A stretch of DNA of 64,000 nucleotides from a virus (IMGVR_UViG_3300025129_000005); one strand, 5' to 3'. Shown: positions 37,701 through 47,506, numbered from the stretch's first letter. Translations and numbers: made by a program. Notes: generated by a model not told the origin, from the letters alone.

Positions 37701-40700
37701 CCTATGATACCACTCATCCGACAAAATACTTTTTATATCCAGATCATTATATAATTACGGGTGATATTTGGGATAATCCCGTTCCGATTGTACTGGTTAC
37801 TGATACTGTTTCGACATCAACTACGACAACAACTACTAACGAAACCGTTGAGTCGGTTTCGTTAGTAAGTCAACCAAACCAAACACAAGAATTTAATCCC
37901 GGTACATATATTGATACCGTATCAGGTGGTAGCGGGACTGGTTTGAGAATTTCATATACTATTGGTTCTGGTCCAATTATTAATAATGTAACGGTAATTG
38001 ATAGTGGTAGCGGATATAATGTTAATGACTCAGTATATTCAAGTATATCCGGCGGTCCGAGTCCTGTTTATTTTGGAGTGGATTCACTTGTAAGTCAGGT
38101 TACAAGTGTTACAGTTGCTTCTTATGGAAATATAGATGATTATAGGACTGGTGACACTTTAACTATTGCGGCTGGTAACAATGATGCTACGTTTTCTATA
38201 ACTAACGTAACCAAAGGTTCCGTTGATAGCGTTTCAATGACTAATCCCGGTGCAACTTTAAAGTATGATGGTACTGTTACTAACCATACATGGGATTTAT
38301 ATTATCGAAGGGCACTTGATCCCGCAGTTAGTGATAACGGAGGCACTCCAAATAGTTGGACTCGTGGTCCAAGTGTCACTACTTCTGGGTACATTCTTAG
38401 TGGTTCTTATGATATAGAAGATCGTAAAACATTGTCTATATCCAATCTATCTTCCGGTCAATATGAATATTATATAAGATATGTCGGACAATCCACAGTA
38501 CCATTAACTGGTGTGTCTTCGTATATAAACCGTTCAGTTGCCAATGAAGCATTTGTTACTACATTTGGATGGGATAAAATATCCCATCCAGCAGAACAAG
38601 CTATTTATAACATAGTAGACAAAACTATAGATGAGATAGTAAGAACCAATGAATCTATGAGTAATGCCTCGACTGTTAATTTCTCTCTACCAACAAAAAA
38701 AGCCAATGCTTATTATTATAATAACAATGATGACATTTCTCCCGATAAAAGAGTTGTATTTATATACACCGAAAGTACACTTGCGTTAGTTAAGTATTAT
38801 AATGAAATTGACAAAATGTGGCATGACGGAGCCAGCGGTGGATTTGTCATAGGAGACAGGGACACGAGAGTTAGACATGGTAATTATGTTTATGTGCAAG
38901 GATCCACCCTTGGTAAAAGTATCCACAGATACGATCTTGCCAATGACAGTTGGTTCACTGTAGCAACCAATTTGGATATGTATCAAAATTCTACACTTGT
39001 TGTTTATAATATGAATGGTGAGGATTATTTGTATTATTTGAGTAATATTTTTGATAGTAGGATTAATTATATACCGTTAGAGGGAAGTATTGTAGAATAC
39101 AGTATAGACATGAATATGGACTTGTCATATAAAGACTGTAATGTAATGTTTGCAAAGAACAATAGAATGATTATAACTGGTGGCAATAGTTCGCCTATTC
39201 TTAATGTTCCATCTAACATTTATAAAATTAATATAAACCCAAGCGATGATAATGTAGGCGAAACACAAATTGTTGGTGAGGATGATTTGCCTAACGCTTT
39301 GATTCCAAGAACTTATTTTACATGGAGTAGAGGTGTAGATGAAACTCTTTCCGTCAAGGCTATTGGAGGAACGTTTGATCCTACAGGTAATAGTCTTGGA
39401 TACAATCCTTATATTATATCTTTTGATGCTGACGCAGGAACAGGGACATTTCAATCATCAGGTGTTGAATTTAATACCTGTCCTGTATGGACAAGTACAT
39501 CAACCTCTTCTATTTTAGGGTTTTTTATCAGCGCAACTAACTATAAAGGGGTTCCTGTAGACATTATCAAGGCGACTTTGGAGGTTTCCACCCCAACTAT
39601 TTCGAATACAGGTGGTGGTATATGGAATGTTGAATTTACTTCTGACGCTACTATTGATGGTGCGCCTAGAACTTTTCGACAAGAAATTCAGTATAACCCA
39701 CAATCAAGTCCAATAGAAACCATAACACCATCTGTTATATATGATTCTCTTAGAAGTAATATTAAAATAAGTTTTAATGGTGATGATACTCCTGATATAG
39801 ATACTTTTGTTAGAGGTGATATAGGAAATAAATGGAGTTTGAGATATTCAGCAAACAACCCATCATTTGGTAGGATATTATTTAAAGTTAATGGTTTACA
39901 TGTGGATTATGGATATTTCGGGGATTATACGATATTAAATAGTATAAATGATTTTGTTGATTATGAGTACACCGGTTTTTATAATCACAACGCTCCTGTG
40001 AGATACTATCCTCGCAATGCGGTCGAAGAATATCCGAATGAAAGGTTTAATGTTTATAACAATGGTGCCGTATTTTCCGTAAAACTGGATGATCCTAATA
40101 ATAGAATATATTTCAAATTAAAGACATTTGATACTAATATAGGATCGTCTGTAGATGTTGTGTTTGAGTATGAAGTGTATCAGTCAAGTTTTGGTTCTGT
40201 GAGGAGTGTGTCACTTACAGGTGATGATTTAGACATTGTAAATGGTCGTATTATAGAAACATTTGACTTTGATAACGCTGAGGAGAGAACTTGGTCTTCG
40301 AATGGTGGTCTTATGAGAATTACCGTTTATGGTGACGGGGAATCAGAGGCAGAATATTATCACGGATTTACTGATCTTACCGAAAAAGTTCTTGTTCGGG
40401 TGAAAGTTATAAGTGTGGAAAGTGTTGGAACTGGTGATGTCAGAATGTCTATTGGTGATAGATGGTCTGTTGACGATGATAATGTTGTTTTGAAAAATAC
40501 TGATATTCAAGATGAATATTTTTTCTCTACAAATATATTAAGTGATTTCACAAAGGACTATACAGTTGAAAGTATTATAGCTGATTTAGGATATCCTGAT
40601 TGGGTTACCGGTTATCCTGATGGTTATATAAGCTCAACCAATGAAAGACTTTCTACGATGTATAGGGCAAGGTTGGGATTAAACCATCAACCACTGTCGG

Positions 40701-42406
40701 CATTAAAAATCATGCCAAAACAGATCGCTGATAATTTATATAGAAATTGGGAAATGACACGACCAGTTAATAGACAAGCTATATATGAATTTTTCTATGA
40801 ACCGTCAACTGATTTGTTGAGTAAATATTATTCTATTTACACCGGTGAATATGCGGGTCAATCATTATCAAAAGTTATCGATAACGTAAAGTTTGATGAT
40901 GATAATTATATCCATATACAAGGTGATGTATCATCTTCGTGGAGGGTTAAACATAACCTTGACAGTGAGGTTATAGTACATGCTATGGATGAGAATCAGA
41001 TCGAAATTGTCCCTGAGTCTATAGTATGGGTTTCTTCTAATGTAATTAATATCAATTTCTCTGAAAGTATTCAGGGTATTGCGGTTGTAACAAAAGCTAA
41101 AAGTTGTGCTTATTTAAACTCAACTTATAGAATGTTTCATGGATTTGGTCGAAATGAAGTTTTTGTTCAGATAAGAAACAACACGACTAATGAAATAGAT
41201 ACTCCTTCAACCATAAACACTGTTACCAAGAATTTTGTGTATATACCTGAGATGGATGAGGGTGAAAGTTATGCATATCTTAGTAGGAAGGGTTTTGCTC
41301 AAACAACGGTTGATTTTGTCGACACAAAACCTTCGAGTACCTTCGTTGGAATTGTTCCTGGTGTTTATTCGGTGACCGTAAATGGATCTAGCGGAACTGG
41401 AATGCAGATAGATATTACATATTCCGGTGGAAAGATAGTATCAACGGTTATTGTAAATGAAGGAATTGGTTGGGTTGAGGGCGAAGAGGTTGTGGTTAAT
41501 TATGACGACCTTGTTGGTTCTGGTGCAACATCAGGGAGCGTGACATATAAGGTTACTCTCGTGAACACTCATGAAGGTTTACCTGTTGATGCATCTATAT
41601 GGACGTTCCCTTATGGATGCAGGGAGGGCGGTTCTTGTTCCATTGGTGATCATGGAACTAGAGGCGAATGTGAGAGTTCAGGTGGTGTGTGGACATCAAA
41701 CGGCGAATGGTATTGGGATATATACCATGGATACAGTGAAAACCTTTTCATGGTCGATTGTTATGACTCTTCTAATGAAAAGATAGTACCATTAAATGTA
41801 GATATGAGTCCGTTGGATGAGAACACTAATCCTTATATAATTGTAACATTTAGTGAGGATATATCGGGTTTTGCTGCCATATGGCATGTTGGTAATCTTA
41901 ATTCGTTTGCAGGTTTGATACCAAGATCCCCTGACGGGTCACTTTTACCTTTGGAGTGGAGAATTACTATCAGCGATGGTAGTAAAATTATATCATCATT
42001 TAAAGAAAATTCTGAATACGAAAGCAGATATAGATATAGTAAGATTCCTGTTGAATTTTGGGATGGTGATTTGAATAATAAAAACTTTGTGTATGGTGAC
42101 ACTGATTTTCAGGAAGAGGATGAATTTTGGTATTATTACACATTTACAGTAACAGATGAAGCTCTATCTCTTTTAAATGTCAGTGAATATGATATCCTTG
42201 ACATAGAACTTATAAATACTGATATACCTCGTATTGATAAACAACAAGTTGCTGTCAGTAGGGTTAGCGGTATATATAAACCTTCTGGGGTTAACTTTGT
42301 ATGTAGATTTAAAGTATGGAGAAACCCTTATGGGTTTGATTCAGCATTACAAGACCATTTGGATATCAATCTTCTTGATAACAATGAAGGATTCTTGTAT
42401 ATATAA
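34796..42406 (+). CDS. Very large baseplate wedge protein (gp7-like), 2536 aa, with inserted accessory domains
   Basis: F.EFLD.YF....L.D..EC....L........R......KRKGT..S wedge motif; follows gp6. Contains GGSG.G..GY..GD beta repeats, Kelch-like blades (about 38780-39400) and W.V.HNL-type repeats. Confidence 0.7.
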   Translation: MNNFCDSPYFLLKDFVLELTKPSITTTNIPLYVNLIPEIRFNDIIYVGNVDYYNTSRPGDPLAKYPNFDEDVDTANIFENSNRINWNAFIGVNGFVGYHIDDLSLPGVVFRGQEKSLIVSGGSHIDLYAKTDDKFVVVRLKPLHEEPLEKTYFRMDKVEIKVLNYNGTSVNYDSEYTEGYEPILPNGYPSDTDGDDSYDGSRSYRYQTYDYTYTTEFATNTVLEPGTELYFRKDSYFHEWLRDGDKASKFYKDAFDEDFIARNYVNTDKMFIYFGKVYNSDTESDTIPRYQVVFSGLKDWIASALPPNNRKELFIEFLDTYFDMVYGEGYQQLKDVWSLRDAMECNETFLSYVPTFYGIERYDDIPTWFTDIYREYARDVVWLLKRKGTYASMYIIKDLFCRNTENKFDVYERWHDKDIQIDSEPYSGDYPITVQSDKWSVKSTENGITTVNSTQSTITFDIPTGQSSVVTLDRNFIDSRESFSLSTSMSLETVIPVTEYSVTGDPQIQPPTNIRFNCISGMLLWDASTTIGVTYTIEKSNNNFREFETVVEDITDTSWLIEKYAYGDTYVRILSKKVAANTTENNTISMLQGNPILYDYDDERLGIYLHGNVVYSYRPRSPVPQTINPINNNGEGYIYSTDYTATEIDVEINAGSVSVLPSNSYQVGEVLSLSGSSGGTGASIIVNSINSNTGEIVGYTLNKIGSKDYTANSPFLLNSSVSTGKGAVFRIDHVLTSLSYNGVPSQQGSDYGSGGNNINTSGGSGGGLTVNYQTNQHQGKVLRVSALSISNVVPYDSGNHIVKVYSDAAFTSWKGLKVLVSISTTNVWSPLSVVDSGSTNTYSNNETGYLNANEFGGSGSLLVKITTSTETDSNTTGTDGVVLTMKLFESAKSYDIRDVDGKSYDDYPMPAEGSNVVPWRSNVPIYYPYSTDLTIDNTNNSNMKINFRIVNQRAEIQYLVNTSNHKDTSYDTTHPTKYFLYPDHYIITGDIWDNPVPIVLVTDTVSTSTTTTTTNETVESVSLVSQPNQTQEFNPGTYIDTVSGGSGTGLRISYTIGSGPIINNVTVIDSGSGYNVNDSVYSSISGGPSPVYFGVDSLVSQVTSVTVASYGNIDDYRTGDTLTIAAGNNDATFSITNVTKGSVDSVSMTNPGATLKYDGTVTNHTWDLYYRRALDPAVSDNGGTPNSWTRGPSVTTSGYILSGSYDIEDRKTLSISNLSSGQYEYYIRYVGQSTVPLTGVSSYINRSVANEAFVTTFGWDKISHPAEQAIYNIVDKTIDEIVRTNESMSNASTVNFSLPTKKANAYYYNNNDDISPDKRVVFIYTESTLALVKYYNEIDKMWHDGASGGFVIGDRDTRVRHGNYVYVQGSTLGKSIHRYDLANDSWFTVATNLDMYQNSTLVVYNMNGEDYLYYLSNIFDSRINYIPLEGSIVEYSIDMNMDLSYKDCNVMFAKNNRMIITGGNSSPILNVPSNIYKININPSDDNVGETQIVGEDDLPNALIPRTYFTWSRGVDETLSVKAIGGTFDPTGNSLGYNPYIISFDADAGTGTFQSSGVEFNTCPVWTSTSTSSILGFFISATNYKGVPVDIIKATLEVSTPTISNTGGGIWNVEFTSDATIDGAPRTFRQEIQYNPQSSPIETITPSVIYDSLRSNIKISFNGDDTPDIDTFVRGDIGNKWSLRYSANNPSFGRILFKVNGLHVDYGYFGDYTILNSINDFVDYEYTGFYNHNAPVRYYPRNAVEEYPNERFNVYNNGAVFSVKLDDPNNRIYFKLKTFDTNIGSSVDVVFEYEVYQSSFGSVRSVSLTGDDLDIVNGRIIETFDFDNAEERTWSSNGGLMRITVYGDGESEAEYYHGFTDLTEKVLVRVKVISVESVGTGDVRMSIGDRWSVDDDNVVLKNTDIQDEYFFSTNILSDFTKDYTVESIIADLGYPDWVTGYPDGYISSTNERLSTMYRARLGLNHQPLSALKIMPKQIADNLYRNWEMTRPVNRQAIYEFFYEPSTDLLSKYYSIYTGEYAGQSLSKVIDNVKFDDDNYIHIQGDVSSSWRVKHNLDSEVIVHAMDENQIEIVPESIVWVSSNVININFSESIQGIAVVTKAKSCAYLNSTYRMFHGFGRNEVFVQIRNNTTNEIDTPSTINTVTKNFVYIPEMDEGESYAYLSRKGFAQTTVDFVDTKPSSTFVGIVPGVYSVTVNGSSGTGMQIDITYSGGKIVSTVIVNEGIGWVEGEEVVVNYDDLVGSGATSGSVTYKVTLVNTHEGLPVDASIWTFPYGCREGGSCSIGDHGTRGECESSGGVWTSNGEWYWDIYHGYSENLFMVDCYDSSNEKIVPLNVDMSPLDENTNPYIIVTFSEDISGFAAIWHVGNLNSFAGLIPRSPDGSLLPLEWRITISDGSKIISSFKENSEYESRYRYSKIPVEFWDGDLNNKNFVYGDTDFQEEDEFWYYYTFTVTDEALSLLNVSEYDILDIELINTDIPRIDKQQVAVSRVSGIYKPSGVNFVCRFKVWRNPYGFDSALQDHLDINLLDNNEGFLYI

Positions 42407-42417
42407 CGGAGGAAAGA

Positions 42418-44394
42418 ATGCCCAAATTTTATACATTTAATGCGCCAGAAATAGGTTCTATTACAGGTGCAGAAATATTCACGATATATCAGGAGTATGA
42501 TACTAAATCCGTCACATTGCAGCAGGTGTGGAATGAAATGCCATCACAGCCAATGTCTCTGTATAACTTAGATGATACTGAGTATTCACTCAAAACATGG
42601 AAAGATGTTACAGATCAGAGTACATATTGGCCTGTTATAACTGATGGTGTATGGAACGGGACTTATTATGAGCCTAGAGATCTTGGTGACGGTGGATGGT
42701 CGGACCTGTATATAAGAACGGGTGATTCTACTTGGGTTAAAGGTTTCAGACCAACACATGTAAGAATTACCCTTGGTGTGGATCCCGGCGATATTTATTT
42801 TCGTGTATATAATCCAAACCTTGATTATATTGTTGATGTTGATCCTTCTTTTGATAATATATTAGAGTCAGGTAAATCTTATAAAATAGGTTATCTGAAT
42901 GGAATGGATATAGAAAGAATACGTATAGTGTCAGATACTGATAAATATTTTACCGTCGAGAAGATTGAATTTTTATATGGTAATACCGGAGAAGAAATAG
43001 AACATTTAAGTTGTCTTGTATATGATTATGATTCACAGAAATGGATTAATAATAACAATGTTTTTGAATTTCATCACGTAGAGGCAACACAGTTAACAGG
43101 AAGTCCAAAAATAACATGGAGAGATATATGGGAAGAAGGTGATGATGGTCCTGATGTTAATTTTCTCGAAATGTATCGTCCAAGGAATGAATTAAGCTAT
43201 GATAGCGAGGATACGTGTATAGAAATTGGACCTCAGGGACCATACATATTTCGTAATTTCGAATACGAAACTGGTTTTACCATAGAGCAGCATAGATCAT
43301 ATGAGAATCTTCTTGTATTACGCCATGTATATCCTAATACATACAGTCAAGGTGATTTTATTGTATGTAACAAGGCGATAAACGAATTTGCCAATGTGAG
43401 AGTTTTTAATATTGACCGAGATGGTATAGTCTATGCTAATGGTTATAATTATAGTGGCGGGGTCACGACAAATTTAGGAACCATAAGTGGCTCATGGAAT
43501 ATTGACATGTCAGGTTTTAATGAGAGATGGTTTAAGGCAATAACAGGATCATCAATGACATTTACTATTACCAATCCTCCGGATGATGCGATGTCTTTGA
43601 TATTTGATTTAAAAACCACTGCGGATATAACAGTGACTTTTATAGATTCTCAACCGTCAGAGTTCATGTTGAGTTCGGATCTAATATATCGTTTTACTGT
43701 AACAATGTACGATGATGGGTCATGGCCTTCTTATTGGGTTCGGTGTGATGAACTTGGCAGTGATAATAATGGAGGTGTTACTAGAGATGTTTCTAATATT
43801 ATTGCTACCGGTGATGAACAGGGTGTATTTGTACAACCAGCCATGAGTTCGAGTATATCGGATGTTGACGTGTGGGTCAATGGAATCAAATTGGTTCGAT
43901 CATTGGAACATACCTCGGATGGAACTTTTATCAATATACTTAACCCTGCGATTTTGGCTGGAGATGATGTTGAAATTATAGTTTGGAATGGAACTCCAAT
44001 AAGTGGAAGGTGGGAACCATACTTTGATAACACGTTCTGGGTACCTTCATGGGATTCTTCAGCGTCATGGTCAGTTGCACAGTCAGCTTGGGAGTTTGGT
44101 CTCGTAACGTATGTCAATGGATACGGAATAATCCTCAACGCAATCGGTTCATGGTCAACTGAGTTGAGACCTACTGCCATGAGATTTAGTGTAAGTCAGG
44201 ATATTGATAATTTTATTTTAAAGGATAAGTGGGGTGTTGATATCGTAAACGTTATCGGTCCCTTTAGTGCAAATACGTTACATGAAATACCTATAACAGG
44301 TCAAACAGCAGCCATTGATCAGATAGTGTTTGAACAAGCTGCCGCTATATGGCCAAGTTATTTTACATCGTTTGAGTTATATGTATCCTATTGA
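42418..44394 (+). CDS. Virion structural / tail fibre-like protein, 658 aa
   Basis: SD ggagg; Trp-rich domain with W...(F/L)RPT..R present twice (N- and C-terminal); V.VNG..L......D small domain. Confidence 0.55.
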   Translation: MPKFYTFNAPEIGSITGAEIFTIYQEYDTKSVTLQQVWNEMPSQPMSLYNLDDTEYSLKTWKDVTDQSTYWPVITDGVWNGTYYEPRDLGDGGWSDLYIRTGDSTWVKGFRPTHVRITLGVDPGDIYFRVYNPNLDYIVDVDPSFDNILESGKSYKIGYLNGMDIERIRIVSDTDKYFTVEKIEFLYGNTGEEIEHLSCLVYDYDSQKWINNNNVFEFHHVEATQLTGSPKITWRDIWEEGDDGPDVNFLEMYRPRNELSYDSEDTCIEIGPQGPYIFRNFEYETGFTIEQHRSYENLLVLRHVYPNTYSQGDFIVCNKAINEFANVRVFNIDRDGIVYANGYNYSGGVTTNLGTISGSWNIDMSGFNERWFKAITGSSMTFTITNPPDDAMSLIFDLKTTADITVTFIDSQPSEFMLSSDLIYRFTVTMYDDGSWPSYWVRCDELGSDNNGGVTRDVSNIIATGDEQGVFVQPAMSSSISDVDVWVNGIKLVRSLEHTSDGTFINILNPAILAGDDVEIIVWNGTPISGRWEPYFDNTFWVPSWDSSASWSVAQSAWEFGLVTYVNGYGIILNAIGSWSTELRPTAMRFSVSQDIDNFILKDKWGVDIVNVIGPFSANTLHEIPITGQTAAIDQIVFEQAAAIWPSYFTSFELYVSY

Positions 44395-44989
44395 TGTTCA
44401 TATACTAACGCTTCCCGGTGAAGACAAAAGATTGTTTGATATTTGTCTGGACTCATTAAAAAACGAGCCAGTAAATATTCACATATGTGAAGGTATTGTT
44501 GGTTGTACTGGAACAGCAAGAGCAAATGCGTTTTTAAAGGGAACAGCAAAATATGTGTCGTTTGTTGATCCCGATGACTACATTGAACCGGGTATATTTG
44601 ATAAATGTCTTGAAGTATTAGAATCAAAAAACTGTAATGTATACACAACTGAAAATTATGTTGATGATGGCGGTAACTTTTTAATGGTTGGACCACAATC
44701 AACACATCCTTGGTCTTATACATCGATGAGACGAATGTATGTGTTGGTTCACCATCTTGTAGTGTATCAAAGGGTGGTAGTTGAAAAACATCTTCATTGG
44801 ATTAGAGGTGTATCTTCATTATCGGAATATATGTTAAACCTTCTATGTTCTTTGGATGTACCATTTGAGCATATTAACGAAGTTGGTTATTATTGGAGAC
44901 AATTAAATAAGGATCGCTCATTAAGAAACCTGAGTAATTCACATGAAAATATTTCTCGTATCTGTAAATACATAAAGGAACAGAGATAG
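44381..44989 (+). CDS. Glycosyltransferase family 2 (GT-A fold)
   Basis: IDVHI N-terminal strand, G..ARANAF..G...YVSFVDPDD DxD motif, C-terminal GYYWR. ATG 44381 preferred over the tracked 44330. Confidence 0.85.
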   Translation: MYPIDVHILTLPGEDKRLFDICLDSLKNEPVNIHICEGIVGCTGTARANAFLKGTAKYVSFVDPDDYIEPGIFDKCLEVLESKNCNVYTTENYVDDGGNFLMVGPQSTHPWSYTSMRRMYVLVHHLVVYQRVVVEKHLHWIRGVSSLSEYMLNLLCSLDVPFEHINEVGYYWRQLNKDRSLRNLSNSHENISRICKYIKEQR

Positions 44990-45004
44990 AGTGTTATATA
45001 AACC

Positions 45005-45028
45005 AAAAACAATGGAGTAACAAATGGC
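45005..45028 (+). repeat. 24-bp exact direct repeat (SD plus start codon), copy 1
   Basis: aaaaacaatggagtaacaaatggc, identical at 46033-46056. Confidence 0.92.
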
Positions 45029-46012
45029 CGAGAGAAAACCAGCAAAAAAATATAGATAAATTGAGATTAGAAGCGGGTGAAGAACAAATTTTGACATCAG
45101 ATTTTACCCAATTTGAACCTTTAACATCATACAAGCTTGGGTCATCAACTTTTGCTGTTGATATGACGAGTAGTGACTGGCCTTTACTTGGCAAAGGTAT
45201 TGTTAACACAAGTAAGGCATCTGATATTTATGGAACTCAGCAATATCAACCAAAAGCTACAAATTATATATACACGAGACGATGGGATGAAACACCGCCT
45301 TCCCCGAGTGATGATTTTAATAGTGTTTCTCTTGATACTGATGTGTGGAATCTTGTGAGTGGTAATATAAGTCTTGTTACCTACCCCGGTAATTTGGCGT
45401 TTGAATGGAATGCTAATGTGTCTTCGAAATGGAGTATATCCAGTGCATTGTCATGGGGGGGTTGATATAGGAGTAGATTTCCCATCACCTTTAACAGGAG
45501 GTAATTCGATTGCCCTTATATTTCAATTTTCGGGGGGTTCTATTGCGGGATTTCAGTTCGGAGCGTCTGGTGGTCTTGGAACCATATATGGTGGTGTCTC
45601 ATGGGCATATCACGGCATCGATTTTGGTCCACAGACACTATCCATAAGAAGGGCTGAAAACACTATATCATTGTATAAAAATGATGTTCTTTTAAGACAG
45701 GGTGTTAGTGGGTTTCATGGTCAAGATGTGGTAAAATTTTATATATCTGTTAGTGGGTTTGCTCCAACCAAAATTGACCATGTAACAGTTGTTGATGGTT
45801 TGGTTACCGGGCTTATCGGGACGGCTCATTGGTCGCCGTGGTTTGAACAGCTTGATGCACAATCCCAATCGGATGCAAACCAAAGTCAGATAGATGTTGC
45901 TCTACTTACACACGAAACAAATAAACATGCTACCGGTGTGACCGGATCATTTACCACTACTGACGGAAAAACTGTAACAATTACCGACGGAATGGTAACC
46001 AGTATAGTTTAA
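45024..46012 (+). pseudogene. Fibre-like gene split by two +1 frameshifts at A7 (45044-45050) and G7 (45455-45461)
   Basis: SD plus ATG 45024 reads only 11 codons. Removing one A and one G gives one ORF of about 328 aa (MAERKPAKNIDKLRLE...SWGVDIGVDF...GVTGSFTTTDGKTVTITDGMVTSIV), ending in a typical fibre C-terminal motif. Confidence 0.7.
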
Positions 46013-46015
46013 ATG

Positions 46016-46022
46016 ATAAATA
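46016..46022 (+). promoter_or_regulatory. Late promoter ATAAATA
   Basis: Intergenic, 30 nt before ATG 46052. Confidence 0.55.
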
Positions 46023-46032
46023 GATATAGACT

Positions 46033-46056
46033 AAAAACAATGGAGTAACAAATGGC
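46033..46056 (+). repeat. 24-bp exact direct repeat, copy 2
   Basis: Identical to 45005-45028. Confidence 0.92.
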
Positions 46057-47101
46057 TAGAAAACATTATTGGCAGTTTCTTGTTACAGATGAGGGTGTTC
46101 CAGTTGAAAATGCACAGATATCGGTATATCTTGCAGGAACCAATGACCCCGTGTGGATTTACACAGATGAATTTAGTATTAGGGGTACTGCTATAGTACC
46201 ACAAACAATATCAAGTCTTAAGGGTTATTTTGAGTTTTGGATTGCTGACGAGTCTGATACCTCACATGGGTATGATATATCAACAAAGTTTAAGATTGCT
46301 TGGTCTGCCACAGGAGTATCAAGTGGTTACATTGACCATGTTGACATATTTTCAACTTTTATCCAAAAAGTTGATGTTACTGATGATAGTGATTTAATTA
46401 ACAAGATGATTTCTAATTCCTTAGCTAAAGGATGGGAGAGTCATAAAAACTCTGTTATAGTTGACGGTGAAATTCATGGTATTTCTAGTGTTAACACTGA
46501 TAGCTCAGATGACGTTATAAATAAATTGATATCAAACTATCAAGGTCATACATGGGAATTACATTCAAGAACTATGTATAATGGTGATGTATCGACTGCT
46601 ATTTCACCTAATTTACCAACATCCGTACATGGCATAGAACAAGTAGATTTATCTGACACGGTATCAATAACAAAAAATAAATTAGTTTCCAATCAAATGG
46701 CTCGGTTATGGAATGACCACGCGAATGATGTAACTGTTAATCCACACCCACAATATGTTGCTATAGATGGATCTACCTCATTTACAGAACCAGTTGGATA
46801 TGCTGACAGTAGTATCATCTATTCTGCATCACCTGATGATTTTGTCACACTATCATATGTAGATAATAAAAGATATGTAGAATATATACCATCATTGTCG
46901 TTTATGTATGATGCTATAACTAAATCATATTACTATGATATAGTTCATGGTACAAACACTCAATGTCCCATCATCCAATGTTGGGATAATAGCACATCAT
47001 ATAGTATTGTCCCTGTTGGATACAAATGTATTAACGATGATACTGTTAGAGTTTTTATGTATACAAATACTATATCTTTGTTGGTGAGGGTTATAACGTA
47101 A
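46052..47101 (+). CDS. Virion structural protein (tailspike/fibre attachment-like), 349 aa
   Basis: G.PV.NA.ISVYLAGT..P..IY particle-binding-type N-terminus; three NK..SN..A..W..H repeats; HPQY motif. Confidence 0.55.
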   Translation: MARKHYWQFLVTDEGVPVENAQISVYLAGTNDPVWIYTDEFSIRGTAIVPQTISSLKGYFEFWIADESDTSHGYDISTKFKIAWSATGVSSGYIDHVDIFSTFIQKVDVTDDSDLINKMISNSLAKGWESHKNSVIVDGEIHGISSVNTDSSDDVINKLISNYQGHTWELHSRTMYNGDVSTAISPNLPTSVHGIEQVDLSDTVSITKNKLVSNQMARLWNDHANDVTVNPHPQYVAIDGSTSFTEPVGYADSSIIYSASPDDFVTLSYVDNKRYVEYIPSLSFMYDAITKSYYYDIVHGTNTQCPIIQCWDNSTSYSIVPVGYKCINDDTVRVFMYTNTISLLVRVIT

Positions 47102-47457
47102 TGAGACTCTATAAGTACCTTTCAATATCATCCGATGACGAAACGAGCGCCTTTCGATCACTAAATATTGATTTGGTTGATGAAGATACAGGTAATGTTG
47201 ACCTTGTTAGGGTTGTTGCTAGTAGATACGGTCTTGATGTTGTCACTCTCAGTTTACTAGAAAGAGCTAATAAAGAGTTGAAGAAGATGTATAGAGGTAA
47301 GTTTAAATTTGATTTTTGTCTTGAGGATCAAGGATTTAATCCAGAAAACATAAACATAGATAAAAGAAAGGCGAGGCAGATAAAAGAAAAGTGGTTTAAG
47401 TTTAATAATGAATTGTCTGAGATACAGATGAATTTGGAAAAAAGTTTACAAAAGTGA
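47101..47457 (+). CDS. Hypothetical 118-aa protein
   Basis: TAATG coupling; no recognisable family. Confidence 0.5.
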   Translation: MRLYKYLSISSDDETSAFRSLNIDLVDEDTGNVDLVRVVASRYGLDVVTLSLLERANKELKKMYRGKFKFDFCLEDQGFNPENINIDKRKARQIKEKWFKFNNELSEIQMNLEKSLQK

Positions 47458-47473
47458 TATATAATGATACTAT
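47445..47473 (+). promoter_or_regulatory. Possible sigma70-type promoter for gp55 (TTTACA-N17-TACTAT)
   Basis: -35 at 47445-47450, -10 at 47468-47473, 17-nt spacer. Confidence 0.45.
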
Positions 47474-47506
47474 ATGTGGTATTAAATATCATATATGGAG
47501 GAATAT

